The notes below the pieces were generated by a model, which was given only the letters and a program-made list of their open reading frames with translations, did not search any database and was not told where the DNA came from. The position numbers and the translations under genes are program-made. Below are positions 1 to 12,522 of a DNA stretch of 64,000 nucleotides, piece by piece; the first letter of the stretch is position 1; every line of letters begins with the position of its first letter. Location of the stretch: contig NC_042999.1 in NCBI RefSeq assembly GCF_006345805.1, positions 8,060,001 to 8,124,000 of the forward strand. The letters run 5' to 3'. This DNA is from Octopus sinensis. Its lineage: Eukaryota.

Positions 1-354
1 GAGGAAAGAGTTATTGTTTATGAAGACATATCTAGGTGTAGGAGGTTTATCAGGGATTTTTTGAAGGAATTTGCTCACAGACTTCTTGAACTTTATGGGG
101 TCTGTTTCTGCTTTAATGTGTTTTGGTGTAATGTTAAAGAGAACGGGACCAACTGAGGTGGAATAATCGTGCCGTATTGTTGTTCTGTGATGCAAGTATG
201 ATTTATGTTGTGAGCAGATAACACGGGGTTTATCTTAAAGGCGATGCCAACATCATTTGGGCAATGCTGATGGAATACTTTCCACATCATGCAGATGATG
301 TAACGCTCTCCGCAGCACTGGAGAGAATAAAGCTTTAGCTTTCTAGTCGACTCC

Positions 355-355
<1 letters not shown>
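1..355 (-). mobile_element. CR1/L2/Jockey-like LINE, 3' end of ORF2 (degraded fragment)
   Basis: Minus strand reads LKLYSLQ..ERYIICMMWK and, after a frameshift, GPVLFNI..KHIKAETDPIKFKKSVSKFLQKIPDKP, typical of an ORF2 C-terminus. Related pieces occur at 7690-7860 and 50800-51160. Confidence 0.7.
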
Positions 356-408
<53 letters not shown>

Positions 409-437
409 ATATTTATCTATCTATCTATCTATCTATC

Positions 438-472
<35 letters not shown>

Positions 473-480
473 ATCTATCT
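355..480. repeat. (ATCT)n microsatellite, continuing at 1313-1410 beyond the RTE insertion
   Basis: Direct tandem repeat on both sides of the RTE fragment. Confidence 0.95.
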
Positions 481-1312
481 CTGGCAAGGGCTTTGAAATA
501 AAACCAAGAAGAATTCCAGACAACCCAGCTGAGTACTTGACAGACACTGACTTTGCTGACGACATCGCTCTTATCAGTGATTCTCTCTCCAATGCCCAGT
601 CTCTTTTACAATCTCTTGAACAAGCCTCAAATTGTGTAGGTCTTTACCTCAATGAGACCAAAACTGAATACATAAACAAGTGCCTGTCCAACAGTGATTG
701 CATCATCCACACTCTCAACAGTGCACCTTTAAATATGGTTTCTGATTATAAATATCTGGGGTCATACATATCATCATCTGGAAAAGACTTTCTAACTAGA
801 GAGGGTATGGCCTGGTCAGCCTGTAATGACATGCATAAGATCTGGTCATCAATCTAAGTAGAGACTTCAAACTTGAAATCTTCAAGCCACAGTCGAACCA
901 ATTCTACTATATGGCTCAGAAACCTGGACGTTTCAAAGAAGCTTGAGAGGCGGTTGGATGGAACCTACACTCGCCTCCTTATGAGAGCTCAAAATCTCTC
1001 GTGGAGGCGCCATCCAACTAAATGCAAATATATGGGAAATTACCACCTGTGTCATCTCTTGTGAAAGGTAGGAGAGTCCAGTTTGCTGGACATTGTTGTA
1101 GAGCTGAAAAAGAAGTAATTTCTTACTCTTCTCCTCTGGAAGCCATCTCCGCAACACCAGAGGGCGCACACTCTCCTACCCTGATGTAATCTCCAGGGAT
1201 ACAGGCATCCAGCAACAGGACCTCCGTAATGCTATGATGGACCGTGAAGTCTGGCGCAACATGGTAAATTCCATTGTCTCGACCACGGTCGAACAATGAT
1301 GATGATGATGAT
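481..1312 (+). mobile_element. RTE-clade LINE, 5'-truncated, frameshifted
   Basis: RT motif DFADDIAL, GLYLNETKTEY, YKYLGSYI and LDGTYTRLLMRA. The 3' UTR has a hairpin TCGACC-AC-GGTCGA (1279-1292) followed by a (GAT)n tail. Confidence 0.9.
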
Positions 1313-1340
1313 CTATCTATCTGTCTATCTATCTATATAT

Positions 1341-1412
<72 letters not shown>

Positions 1413-1769
1413 ATATATATTTGTAATTTATATACATGTATATACGTAGATTATGATATACACATTATATTGCATAAATATATACGTATATGTATGCATA
1501 TATATGTAAACGTGTGCATATTTGTATATATACATATACATATATATACTCGTATATGTAATATATATATTATACTTATATATATTATATAGATACATGT
1601 ATATACATTATATATATGTTTGTATACCTACATACATACTTAAATACACACACCCACATATATAACCACGCGTGTCATACTATCTATGTAGCATATGTAG
1701 TGATGTTCACCTTGAGGGTGCCTGTTATCTATTATATTGTTCATAGCATTCTTCTTTTTTCTTCTTCCG

Positions 1770-1779
1770 ACAATAATAC

Positions 1780-1817
<38 letters not shown>

Positions 1818-1832
1818 TAATAATAAATAATA

Positions 1833-1887
<55 letters not shown>

Positions 1888-2043
1888 TTTTTTTTTAAAT
1901 GAACGAACTAGTGAGTTTAGTTTAATGGCCTACCAATGTATACTATGAGTTTCTCTGCCCAAGGAGTCGGGAAGACACTCGGCAAAAAATGGAAGCAAAT
2001 TTGAAAGAAGAAAATAATAATAATAATAATAATAATAATGATA

Positions 2044-2074
<31 letters not shown>

Positions 2075-2075
2075 T
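1770..2075. repeat. (AAT)n microsatellites (1770-1890 and 2010-2075)
   Basis: Direct tandem repeats. Confidence 0.9.
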
Positions 2076-2429
2076 TTTTGCTACAAGAACAGCTTGTGGA
2101 AGGTGTGTATGAGTCGATTACATCGACACCAATGTTCAACTGGTACTTATTTTTCGACCCCGAATCGTTAGCATGCCGCATATTGTTTAAATATGTCTAT
2201 ATATTACCATTATCTCATTTTCCCGCTTTTGATTCATGGCTTAAAATTAATAGATAGTCTGTATGTCTTTCCAGATATTCCATATGGAAGTGTCTGGAAC
2301 AGTCTTTATAGAAACCACCTAATAATTAATTAATTAATTACAAGAATTGCTATTAGATTGATTCTACATAATCTTCCGTTTTAGTATTTTAATGTTTATA
2401 ATTGTTATATACACACCTTTTAGCTATTT

Positions 2430-3171
2430 TGGTTATGATATCATTTTGGTATTCTTAAATATTATTTCATACAACATAACAATGCTGTTTATAAACTTTC
2501 CCCCCATTGTGCCCCTTTAAGGTTCTTAGTGTCTTGCCCCTTTAACTGGTAATTAACATCATGATTTAAAATCTTCCCTTGCCACCCCTCATTATTACAG
2601 ACAGTTATTTCTATGAAATTGACTCTTCCTAATGTTTTATTTCCTTTCTCTTTGAGAAAAGGGATGCCTATGATAATATTTATGACCACATCTAGCCATG
2701 AGCTGTCAACTCACTCTTGTTCTTTATTCAAAATAGACACAGTCTTCTAGTCTCAGGTTTAATAGATGATAAAGAGAGAAATAAATTAGAAATGAATTAC
2801 AACCCTATGTCTCCATTATATTCCATGCGATTCTAAGAAATTGAAATCTATTCTTAGCCACTCTGCTACAATAGCGACAACATGAATTTCTTCCATCTTC
2901 TTGCTCTGTTAATATACTTAAGAAAAATTATATTAATGTGTCCTACTTGTTAAAATTTCATTTATTTAATTATGCAGCTGAAGACAGCACTGCAATTAAT
3001 TTAATTCATCGATTGCATTGTTCAATTAAATGGACCCGCCTGAAACATTCGTACTGCATTACTACTTGATATCCTGTTGCTTATTTTGATTTTATTCACC
3101 TTATTTCGAGGTGTCCAGATAATACCGCACTGACTTGGTGTTTCAACTCAAGTACCTAATTCAACTGAGTC

Positions 3172-3175
<4 letters not shown>
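2430..3175 (+). mobile_element. Penelope-like element 3'/pLTR fragment
   Basis: Degraded DKERNKLEMNYNP (resembles a GIY-YIG C-terminal R..E..I..P.LN motif), then a hammerhead motif, ending in (TA)n. Confidence 0.5.
2972..3059 (+). ncRNA. Minimal type I hammerhead ribozyme motif (degenerate stem II)
   Basis: ATGCAG-CTGAAGA-(57 nt)-GAAAC-attc-GTA-CTGCAT: 6-bp stem I, both core boxes, GUA site. Confidence 0.6.
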
Positions 3176-3215
<40 letters not shown>

Positions 3216-3819
3216 CATTTTTGTATTTGGTTTGCAAGATTCTTGATGTGACTTCCTGTGTTGAAAGAAATACTATTGAACATTGAAAAACTAGTGAAAA
3301 ACGGCTGATCGATAAATTTGTTAGCAAAGTAACATAACCTAACAATATCAATAAAAGACCGAACCAGTGCGTGTGTTTATTATTACCGGCATAATGCCCC
3401 TCCCAAGGTTCAATAGTATATATATATATGATGGCTGATGGCTGCAAACTCGTGATATAGTATTGACATCACCTGATCGAAAGTCCGAAACATGCGAACG
3501 CTACGACCAGCCATTTTTGCGATAAGTCTTACTTTTTCATGCAATACCTGTGCATATTTTGTTGATAGTGGGGCAAAGGATTTGCACAAATCCAGTCCCA
3601 CTCTCTGAACACCGACAACATAAACTCGAAAAGAAGAACCTGTCCACATCATCGAATATTGACTGTTTCGCAGGTTTTCACTCAGAGTTTTCCTCTCCTA
3701 GAGAGATATTCTAACAACAACAGAGGGGCCTCCCACGCCCAAAGGGCCAACCGCGTGCCTGGACACCAACCCAGTAATTTCCATGTCCCGGCACACACAC
3801 ACACACACACACACACACA

Positions 3820-3868
<49 letters not shown>

Positions 3869-4067
3869 GTATATATATATATATATATATATGTATACAA
3901 CTCTTGTTTAAAAAGTTTCTACCGATAATGGTTATATTTACATACCGAAATCTACCCGAAATAATTGCTGTTTTTTTTTAAATTAATAATTATTTACCCT
4001 TATGTTATATTATATTATATATATTATATTATATTCTATATATATATATATATATATGTATATAGAA

Positions 4068-4105
4068 CTGTCCGACGAACGGCAACGGGAAACTCAGAGT
4101 AACAG
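4068..4105 (+). ncRNA. Hammerhead-like motif, mutated core, in a short Penelope-like insert (~4065-4210) within (TA)n
   Basis: CTGT-CCGACGA-acggcaacgg-GAAAC-TCAGA-GTA-ACAG. Stem I is CTGT/ACAG, stem III is ACTC/GAGT, and the core U is changed to C. Confidence 0.5.
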
Positions 4106-4599
4106 GTTTTGTTGAATTTTCTGCTGCTTTAAATAAAGCATATTACTCTACCACTGGTATTTGAGTACTCTTTTTTCCACCTTGTTTCACATTTATGTGT
4201 TTACTCCGGTATATATATATATATATATATATATATGTTCGCGCGGCTTGGTGTTATTTCGGAATCAGCAGACTTCTGAACGTATCGATTCTGTTCTATG
4301 AGCAGACGGAAAGTTTCGCTTTTAGACATTTTTTCCTGAGATTTTTTCTTTAGTCTACTTTTTTTAATATAGCATCTGGAGAAGAAAGACATGCTAATAA
4401 CAAAGTGAATAATATTGAATATACAAATTTACTCACAAAATAATGCAATAATTTTTTAATACCCGAAAATTTCCTATTTTATAAAAGCTACACAAAATTG
4501 TGTTTTTTTTATGACATAACACTCGTAACACACATTTTCACGTACGATAACTTGTACGATATTAATGACAGAAGTAGGAAGTTATATTTCTGTGCAAGT

Positions 4600-4900
4600 C
4601 AAAAGGAGGTTTCACACACGGTAGGAATCCATTCAAAATGAATATTCGTGGTAGTGCTCCGGTGCAAAAGCTTGTACCTACTTACCTGACGAATGTGCGA
4701 AAAGGTGAACCATAAAGACCGACTTCTACTTTGCAAAGCCTGGTGTGTTTTCCTGCGTTTTTAACGGGAATTAAGGTAACCATAGACGATATCTGGTTTA
4801 ATGTCATTGATAGAATACACATTAGAGCAAACTGATGTGTGTCCAAAGTTCCGAAATAAGAATAGAGCAAGAAAGCAGGCTGAACTGTTGCACGACACAT
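4600..4900 (-). pseudogene. Possible Helitron/PIF1 helicase C-terminal remnant
   Basis: HQFALMCILSMTLNQ resembles RQFP..LAFAMTINKSQG, and LWFTFSHIR resembles LYVAFSRVR. Heavily degraded. Confidence 0.3.
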
Positions 4901-5429
4901 GAGCCTATAGTTTTGTGTCTTAACACATGGGGGAAATGTTGACCATTAGCTCGACTTTGTGGTGCTGTTTGTGCAAGGAATGAGCTTCGAGGTAGCATTA
5001 GACTTCTTGTAACTGAGTGAGGTTTGCATGTGAATAAAGGTTCTGATGACACCAGAACACAAAGCAACTCAGGAGAGGATCTCCATTGCGGTTTCAGATA
5101 GAAAGGTAATAAGTGTAGTGGGGCTGGACAGAAACCTCTTCTGTAACATAATAATGGGAGTTGGAGCTTCTTGAAGGTTTTCTGCAAGACGACCAAAGAG
5201 GAAGATAAAGAGAATACAATAGCGAGACAGCAATAGTAAAAGCAAGTCACAGGGCCTGTTGGATTCTAGAGTAGCACTCGTCTCAGTTCTGAGTGGAAGA
5301 AATCGCTTCGTCCTGGTTGCCAGGAACCGATGACCAAAATCTCATGGCAAATATCAGAAATGTTTCTTCATCATACTTGATGAAGGAACGATGGGGCGGG
5401 AGGATCCCAAGTAAAAAAAATGAAAACAA

Positions 5430-5910
5430 AACGGAAAGGGAAGAAGACATTTTAGGGTGTTTCTATTATGCTATCATAAAAAACCCAGCTAAAGGAAACG
5501 GTTGATGATATTTGGAACGATAGGAATATGTCATATGAAAGAATACGGGTGAGCTTCAAAACTGGAGACAAATCAAATTTCGGTCTGAAGTTGCTTGTCG
5601 TATACCTGTCGATAATATACCAATTCTGCCTTGAAGTATCCGTAGTTCACAGTCTTTGAAATAACAAATCAAGGATTGGAGTATGTTTCGAACAATGTAT
5701 ATGAAGACAAAGAGAAAGATACCGGGTAGATTAAGAATACTAGACTAGCAGTCTGTCGTATAGAGAACATACACCAGACTGCTAATAAGGACAATTTTAC
5801 AATGAACGTTTGATTCAGATCAAAAAGAGTAGACCTGCATTGACGAGATACCCCACAAAAATATAGTGTCTGCTTACCCGACAAATCTATAGAGGAATTT
5901 ATCTTTGGCA
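5430..5910 (+). pseudogene. Possible piggyBac-like transposase remnant
   Basis: Fragments KETVDDIW..NMS, KSNFGLKL and DNF appear in the expected order, with many stops and frameshifts. Confidence 0.2.
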
Positions 5911-5959
5911 CCCTTTATTGCAACTCTTCTAAACATATTTTTTTATATTATTTCTTTTA

Positions 5960-6494
5960 TCAAGTTCTTCTCATTAGACAAACGTCTTGCATTTTGAGGT
6001 GTTTCTGTTAAGTAGTTGATCAGAAATTTGGTGATATTTTCTGGGTGCAGAACAGAAGTAGAATGGTGTGTCTTTCCTTGAATTCTTAAAAAATAAGGTC
6101 CCTTTCTTTGATGAGCAGTAATATTTGCACCAAACGAAGTAAAAGAAACCGTGAAATTATAATTGGAGTCTTTTATTTTCTGAAATTACAAACGTCGACA
6201 TGATTCGTACCAAACAGTAATTTGAATTCCTCAAAATAAAATTGCAAAAGAGAAATAAACCCATCGCAGTTTAGAGTCTCACTTCTGGACCTTAAAGCGT
6301 TAGGACAGGGTTAATCTTTTTCATCCAATATTCTCTCGTTTGACTGCAAGTCATGTCACAGGAGCGTCAACTTGTCTCCAATGTTGTCTTAAAATATTTC
6401 TCAAATCAAGCAAATCTTTTCTGTTCAGGATTTCTCGTAGCATTCAATTCCTATCTCAATGTTTGCTGTTCTATATTCTTTCTATTTGCTCGCA

Positions 6495-6561
<67 letters not shown>

Positions 6562-6830
6562 TTCTTTCTCTCTGTTTGTTGTCACTTATAATTAACCTAC
6601 TATACAACGTCTATGTCCTTCCTTCATATCTCTTGACGGCCATTTCGACACCGCAGTCATCCTTCTCGTTCGTGCTTCGTCAGGCCGTCTCTTCTTATCC
6701 GTCGGTTTCATCTTGAATGTCCTCGTCATTTCAAGTCTGTATTCTGCCCTCGTCCTTTGCTCGTATCGTCTCAGTCATATCTATTTTTGTGGCTTCATGT
6801 CTTCGATTTCATTCGATATCGAAGCTTATT
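5960..6830 (-). mobile_element. Helitron Rep/helicase N-terminal remnant, interrupted by a (CT)n tract at ~6495-6570
   Basis: Minus strand reads PCPNALRSRSETLNC..EEFKLLF..NFRK and then YNFTVSFTSFGANI..KGPYFLRIQGKTHHSTSVLHP, matching the Helitron YNS..SF.S.GA..GPY.FRI.G..YH motif. Confidence 0.65.
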
Positions 6831-7179
6831 TAAATGTGAAATGAAAATGAGATTTGTTACGCAAAAATTTGCAAAAGTCTTAAGAGATAATATAAAATGA
6901 GATTACAAAAAATAAAACATGGACGAGATACAATGCCTCCTGCTGCGGCAAATTTGTAATACCATAATTAAGAGAAGCGTTAAAAGATAATAAAAGACAA
7001 AAAGAAGCTCAAACCTCTTTGCTTGTCTCTCAGTATTTACTGCCCCACAAAAAAAAAGATATTTACTTTCTTGGAAGCCGAAAATGTTGGACCTGCATCA
7101 GAAAGTGAAAGCGTTTCTCTAGAAAATAAAATAATGAACTGAAAGGAAACTATTCAATAATAATATTTTTTAAAAAATA

Positions 7180-7240
7180 GTCATTTTTGTAGGAGTAAAG
7201 GATGGAGAGCCAAAGTCTTTGTGTTGTCATGGCTCTAACC
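7180..7240 (+). pseudogene. Possible second Helitron Zn-finger remnant
   Basis: HFCRSKGW / EPKSLCCHG across a frameshift resembles C.HC.A..W..E....CC..G. Confidence 0.25.
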
Positions 7241-7384
7241 AAAGAGGGAACACCGATTTGGCGCAAATCTTGAGCGTTTCTATGTTTAGAACCGTATTGT
7301 ATCTTCAGGGTACCTTATATAAATTGTTACAGAGAAAGGTACATTTTTTAGGGTTTCTTTCCAAAATAGAAATTCTTAATTCTT

Positions 7385-7640
7385 ATTCTTTTGTTTCAGT
7401 CATTTGACTGCGACCATGCTGGAGCACCACCTTTAGTCGAGCAAATCGACCCCCAAGGACTTATTATTTGTAAACCTAGTACTTATTCTATCGGTCATTT
7501 TTGCCGATCCGCTATGTCACGGGGACGTAAACAAACTAGCATCGGTTGTCAAGCGATGATAGGGGACAAAAACAGACACACAGACACACACAAACACACA
7601 CACACACATACACACACAAACACACACACACATACACACA
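7385..7640 (-). mobile_element. SINE group B, 3' half
   Basis: Reverse complement of the group B tail (..GTGCTCCAGCATGG..CAGTCAAATGACTGAAAC), ending at the internal (CA)n tract. Confidence 0.85.
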
Positions 7641-7689
7641 CAATAGATATATGTGACTTCACCGTTAACATAGAGTGTTCAACAAGAAA

Positions 7690-7860
7690 TTCATAATTAA
7701 TTTGATTAATTACACATATGAAACTAGTAACGGGTTTGGGAATAAAACCGGACAGAAAGACTGGTCCAGGCCCTGTATGCGTTGAAGAAATTTGTCCAGA
7801 CTCCGTTTAAAGGTGATGGGGTCCTTTTCCTCTTTGATCAGTTTTCGGACAATGTTAAAC
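7690..7860 (-). mobile_element. CR1/L2-like LINE 3' fragment
   Basis: FNIVRKLIKEEKDPITFKRSLDKFLQRI, homologous to the fragment at 1-355. Confidence 0.6.
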
Positions 7861-7891
<31 letters not shown>

Positions 7892-8155
7892 AAATATATA
7901 TTATATATTAATATATATATAAAATATATATAATATATATATTATATATTATATATATATAATATATATGTATAATCTATATGATATATATATATATAAT
8001 ATATATATGATATATATATATATATAATATATATATGATATATATATATATAAATATATATATGATATATATATATATATATATATATATGATATATATA
8101 TATATATACAATATAATATATACATATATATATATACACACACACACACACACCT
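7860..8155. repeat. Imperfect (TA)n tract
   Basis: Direct. Confidence 0.95.
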
Positions 8156-8937
8156 ATCACCATAATTATGGTGGTCTGTGTGTGTGTGTGTGCGTGTGTG
8201 CATGTATGCGAGAGTCTAACCTTTGAAGCCAAATATCTACGTGTCCCACTCATTTACGCGTAAATTAGTTTAAATTCTTTTTTCACATCTTCTTCGTGCG
8301 ATGTCTCCGCATTGACTTCAAGTGTGACACTAAACTCAATTTGTTTCGTGGTCTATCTTGATCCAATGGCATCTTACCACATATGTTGTAATGTTTAACA
8401 CGCATAGCACCACGCAATATACACACATGCACTCCCCACACAAAACACACTCACTTGGGCGGTTATATATATTTTTTCCTGCAATTACAAATAAATCTCA
8501 AGATGCCGTCCTAATGTAATTATTTTCGCGAAAAAATTGTTATATTATTTCATATCCATTTTAGTTTCTCCATTTTAAAATTCGTTTGTTTATTTATTAT
8601 TTATTATTTTTTGGCTTAACCCACTCGTACAAATGCATAGAATTAAACTGAAATAGCGAAAACAAACACAAAACAGCCTTGAGTTCATATCTGTGAGCTA
8701 ATGATTTGCACGCCTAATTTGTAATTAGTAGCAATTAGCTAATTTGTATTCATCTCTCTTGCTTTAAAGGAAATTGAATAAAATTAATAGGGTAAAAATT
8801 ATATTCACAGTTTTATAATTTGCAAACCTGAAGCTTGTGTTCAATGTGGGAAATAGGAAAAGAGTGAAGTAGAATATAAAGCAGGAATTGTATTCAAATA
8901 AACTATGAGGGTAGGGACGACTCGTCTTGCATTTATT

Positions 8938-9085
8938 GGTGCTGGCGTGGCTGTGTGATAGGAAGCTTGCTTCCTAATCCCTTGGTTCCGGTTCGGTCCC
9001 ATTGCGTGACACCTTGGGAAAATGTCTTCTACCAGAGCGAGTGGATTTGATAGACGGAAACTGAAAGAAGTCCGTCGTATATATA

Positions 9086-9163
<78 letters not shown>

Positions 9164-9400
9164 TTATTTATTTATCTGTGTATGTCTTTATGTCTGTGTT
9201 TTCCCTCTCTCACCACCGTTTGACAACCGGTGGTGGTCTGTTTATTCCCCGTAACTTAGCGGTTCGGCAAAAAAGTTCCGATAGAATAAGTACCAGACGT
9301 TAAAAAATAAGTCCTGGGGTCGATGCATTCGACTAAAAATTCTCCAAGGTGATGTTCAAACATGACCGCAGTCTAACGGCTGAAACAAGTAAAAAAAAAA
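8938..9400 (+). mobile_element. SINE group B (tRNA-like head, internal (TA)n)
   Basis: TGGCTGTGTG (A box-like) and GGTTCGGTCCC (B box-like), with body and tail shared with copies at 12523, 31477 and 61452. Confidence 0.85.
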
Positions 9401-9564
9401 AAAGACAAATATGTGTAGAAAAATTGTTTAGGAAGAGTAAAATGGGATGTTGTGGCGTTCATGATCTTTTCATTGGCTGCGTAAGTGAGATGATTTCGAA
9501 TGAAGGAAGGATTAATACCGTTCACCATTCAAGGGTGTTGGCCATTTATAATTTTTAGAAAAAG

Positions 9565-9982
9565 GTAGAAAATTATGGGGATGGGATTAATTGATTACCT
9601 CTATCCATTAAATGACTGGTACTTATTTTATCACCTTAGGAAAGATAAAGTCGACCTCGTTTGAATTCAAACAAAATATAAAAAAACACAGAAGAAATGA
9701 CGTCAAACTTGCTGCCGGAAGCGCTAACGGTTGTGGCAGCTCTACGCTCTCCATACCGCGTATAATACGCGAGAAGGCGGCGAGTTGGCAAAATGGTTAG
9801 CACGCCGGAAGAAATGCTTAGCAGTATTCCGTTTGTCGCGACGTTCTTAGTTCAAATCCCGCCGAGGTTGACTTTGCTTTTTTCCTTTCGGGGTTGTACC
9901 AGTTGCGTACTGAGGTCGATCTAATCGACTGCCCCCCCATCCCCAAAATTTCGAGCCTTGTGCCTAGAGTAGAAAAGAATTT
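9565..9982. mobile_element. Two SINE group A copies head-to-head (9565-9745 minus, degraded; 9774-9982 plus)
   Basis: GGCGGCGAGTTGGCAAAA..TTAGCAC head, GTTCAAATCC B box, and a GACTTTGC..CCTTTCGGGG core. Confidence 0.75.
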
Positions 9983-10999
9983 ATCATACTCGAGGGTTAA
10001 TAGTGAGTTCGAAGGAGTAGTTTCCTTCTGTCAAATTCACTTACAAGGCATAAGTCAATTCACGGCTGTAGTAGATGGTCTTGAACAAGGTGCAGTGCGC
10101 TAAGATTGAACTCCTAGCCCTGTTGTGGCGTTCATGATGTTAAGCGAGTTTTTTAACTACACACCCATATCTGCTAACATCTGTTTTTAACCTGTAAACT
10201 TGAAGCTACCACACCATTTAGTCTAGAAGGTTCTTTGTGCAATCTTCCGTATATTTTTTCGTTGAATCGATTGGAAAAAATAAACTTTTGTAAAAGACAC
10301 TAAACCGAGTCGTCTATTGGCGAAGTTTAAATCACGGCATAGCAACAGTTTGTTCATGTGAGAGGCCCAGTTATGAAGCAATCAACAGCGAAACTTCACG
10401 TGATAGATTATTATTCTCGCCCCTTCTGGAACGTCCAGGTACAAGGTTTATAAAAAAGCATGTTTTTTGCACCGACATTTAGTGTGTGGAGACCCGCGGT
10501 TCAGCTCCACACACTATTTTGCTGTTTATAAAAGTCGTTTTTACGGCTCCTACTCAACCTTGATATGTTATTATAGTTGGCCGATATGAATCCAACGTGT
10601 ATATTTTCTCCAGTCTTGGCAAGTAAAGTACAGAACTTTGTAATCAACTATTTATGAATATTACAGAATTAATCTTTCAATTGTGTAGACTTATTGAAAC
10701 TTTCTAATTCATGACCAACCTGAAAATTATTTGTGCTGTGAAATAGAAGTTTCTAGAAGTTTCCAGTAAATGCTTGTGAGGTGTTGTTACACCATTTACA
10801 AGCAGCCTGCCACGCATACTGCCTTTGCGACACATTTAACTTGAATAATTAATTATACAACTGTAAGGCCAGCTTCTACAGATTAACTTAATTGATATCT
10901 TATACACCAGTGGCATGTAACATAAAGATCGGACGATGTTAAATTTGATAGCATAACTTATACACTACTAACCTATGATATGATAAGTTATCATCAATC

Positions 11000-11390
11000 A
11001 CTCAATAGTTCTTTGTTGATACTACGACAGATATTTTCAGTACATCTCTTCAGAAGATATAGCTTTCAAAATATGATTAAATTTATTGGCTTTCAAAAGA
11101 ACTTATCTCTTCGAGGCAGCGGTGATAGGAATTATCTAAATATGGTAATAAAGAAAATAGTTGTCATCTGTACAGCACCGGTACTGTTCATCATGGTACA
11201 CTTCAGCTCTAGACGAGACCTCTCTACTGACTGGTCCTTCGAAGATTAAATATTTCAAATATTTCGGCAAAACATACAATATAATAAGTCGTGGGTGGGG
11301 GTCACGCAGAACAGTGACAATCCAAACATTAACGTATCTGTTCATTTTGAATTCGCTCTGGTAGATTCGAATGAGAAACCACAGCGATTA
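11000..11390 (+). pseudogene. hAT (ZMYM1/TTF-type) transposase remnant
   Basis: IKFIGFQKNLSLRG..NYL and SALDETS resemble the IKFL..QNLA.RG and FSI.LDET.D motifs. Confidence 0.4.
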
Positions 11391-11454
11391 GCATAGTCGG
11401 GTTCGGATCTGTCAGAACAAATTGAAAATGAATAGATAATAAGTTATACAATAT

Positions 11455-11930
11455 TTTTTATCTTTTATCATTTACTGGTTTCAACCAGAGGCTGAAGCCA
11501 TGTTGGAGCACTGCTTTTCAGTGTGATTGGCTTTCTTTTCTCTACCGTTTCTGGTAAAGTAGCGAATTAGACGAAGCTGTTACTTTTTGTGCTTCCTACC
11601 TCGATATAGGCTCATCAGGTGTATCAGGTAACAATTTGTCCAGACGCTCTTTAAAGACCCCCTTAATTAAACCTCGCAAATCTCTGAGGTTGATTGGCAA
11701 AATGTTGAACAGTTGTGGACTCTTTAAACCCAGTCTGTCACAGTACTGCACCATTATTCTAGATGGAAAAGACGAAATTTTTGGTACTATGAAGTGCTGC
11801 CTAGTTTGGTGGTTGGTTTAGTTTTCATTTCCAAATCTGGAAGCTAGAATTTCTCGGATCTACCACATGGATATCACTGCATGTCTTTCACGCCTTCCCT
11901 CTTGGGAGCAGATCTTCGCTTATAACAAAT
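11455..11930 (-). mobile_element. CR1/L2-like LINE 3' end including 3' UTR
   Basis: SPQLFNILPINLRDL..VFKERLDKLLPDTPDEP, followed by a UTR ending GTGCTCCAACATGGC..TGAAACCAGTAAA..GATAAAAGATAAAA. Confidence 0.7.
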
Positions 11931-11981
11931 TACCAAAAATGAATAGGTACATCGGTGTTATACAGCATAATTGTTGCTGTT

Positions 11982-12410
11982 GGCGGTGAGCTGGCAGAAA
12001 CGTTAGCACGCCAAGCGAAATGTGTAGCCGTATATCGTCTGCCGTGACGTTCTGAGTTCAAAATTTCGTCGAGGTCAACTTTGCCTTTCATCCTTCCAGG
12101 GTCGATTAAACAAGTACCAGTTACGCACTGGGGTCGATATAATCGACGTAATCCGTTTGTCTGTCCTTGTTTGACCCTTCTGTGTTTAGCCCCTTTTGGA
12201 TAGTAAAGAAATAGGAAATAGGTATTTTGTTTGCCGTTACGTTCTGAGTTCAAATTCCGCCAAGGTCGACTTTGCCTTTCATCCTTTCGGGGTCGATAAC
12301 CAAAGTACCAGTTACGCAGTGGGGTCGATGTGATCGACTTAATCCGTCTGGCTGTCCTTGTTTGTCCTCTCTGTGTTAAGCCCCTTGTGGGCAGTAAAGA
12401 AATAGATAGG
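11982..12410 (+). mobile_element. SINE group A dimer (second unit headless, from 12221)
   Basis: Full copy followed by re-entry at the internal GGTATTT..GCCGTTACGTTCTGAG site. Confidence 0.9.
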
Positions 12411-12522
12411 GTTGGAATTTATAACAGCGACACCGGAGCCAGTTGGGTCACGTTCTGTTGATTCTGAAAGCTGCAATACTGAATACGATACACGTTACGG
12501 TTTTTATCCCACCCCATCCTTG

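Noticed and set aside
3430-3790. Possible hAT C-terminal remnant; similar weak signal at 13050-13400
   Set aside because: Similarity is too faint to support without a profile search.
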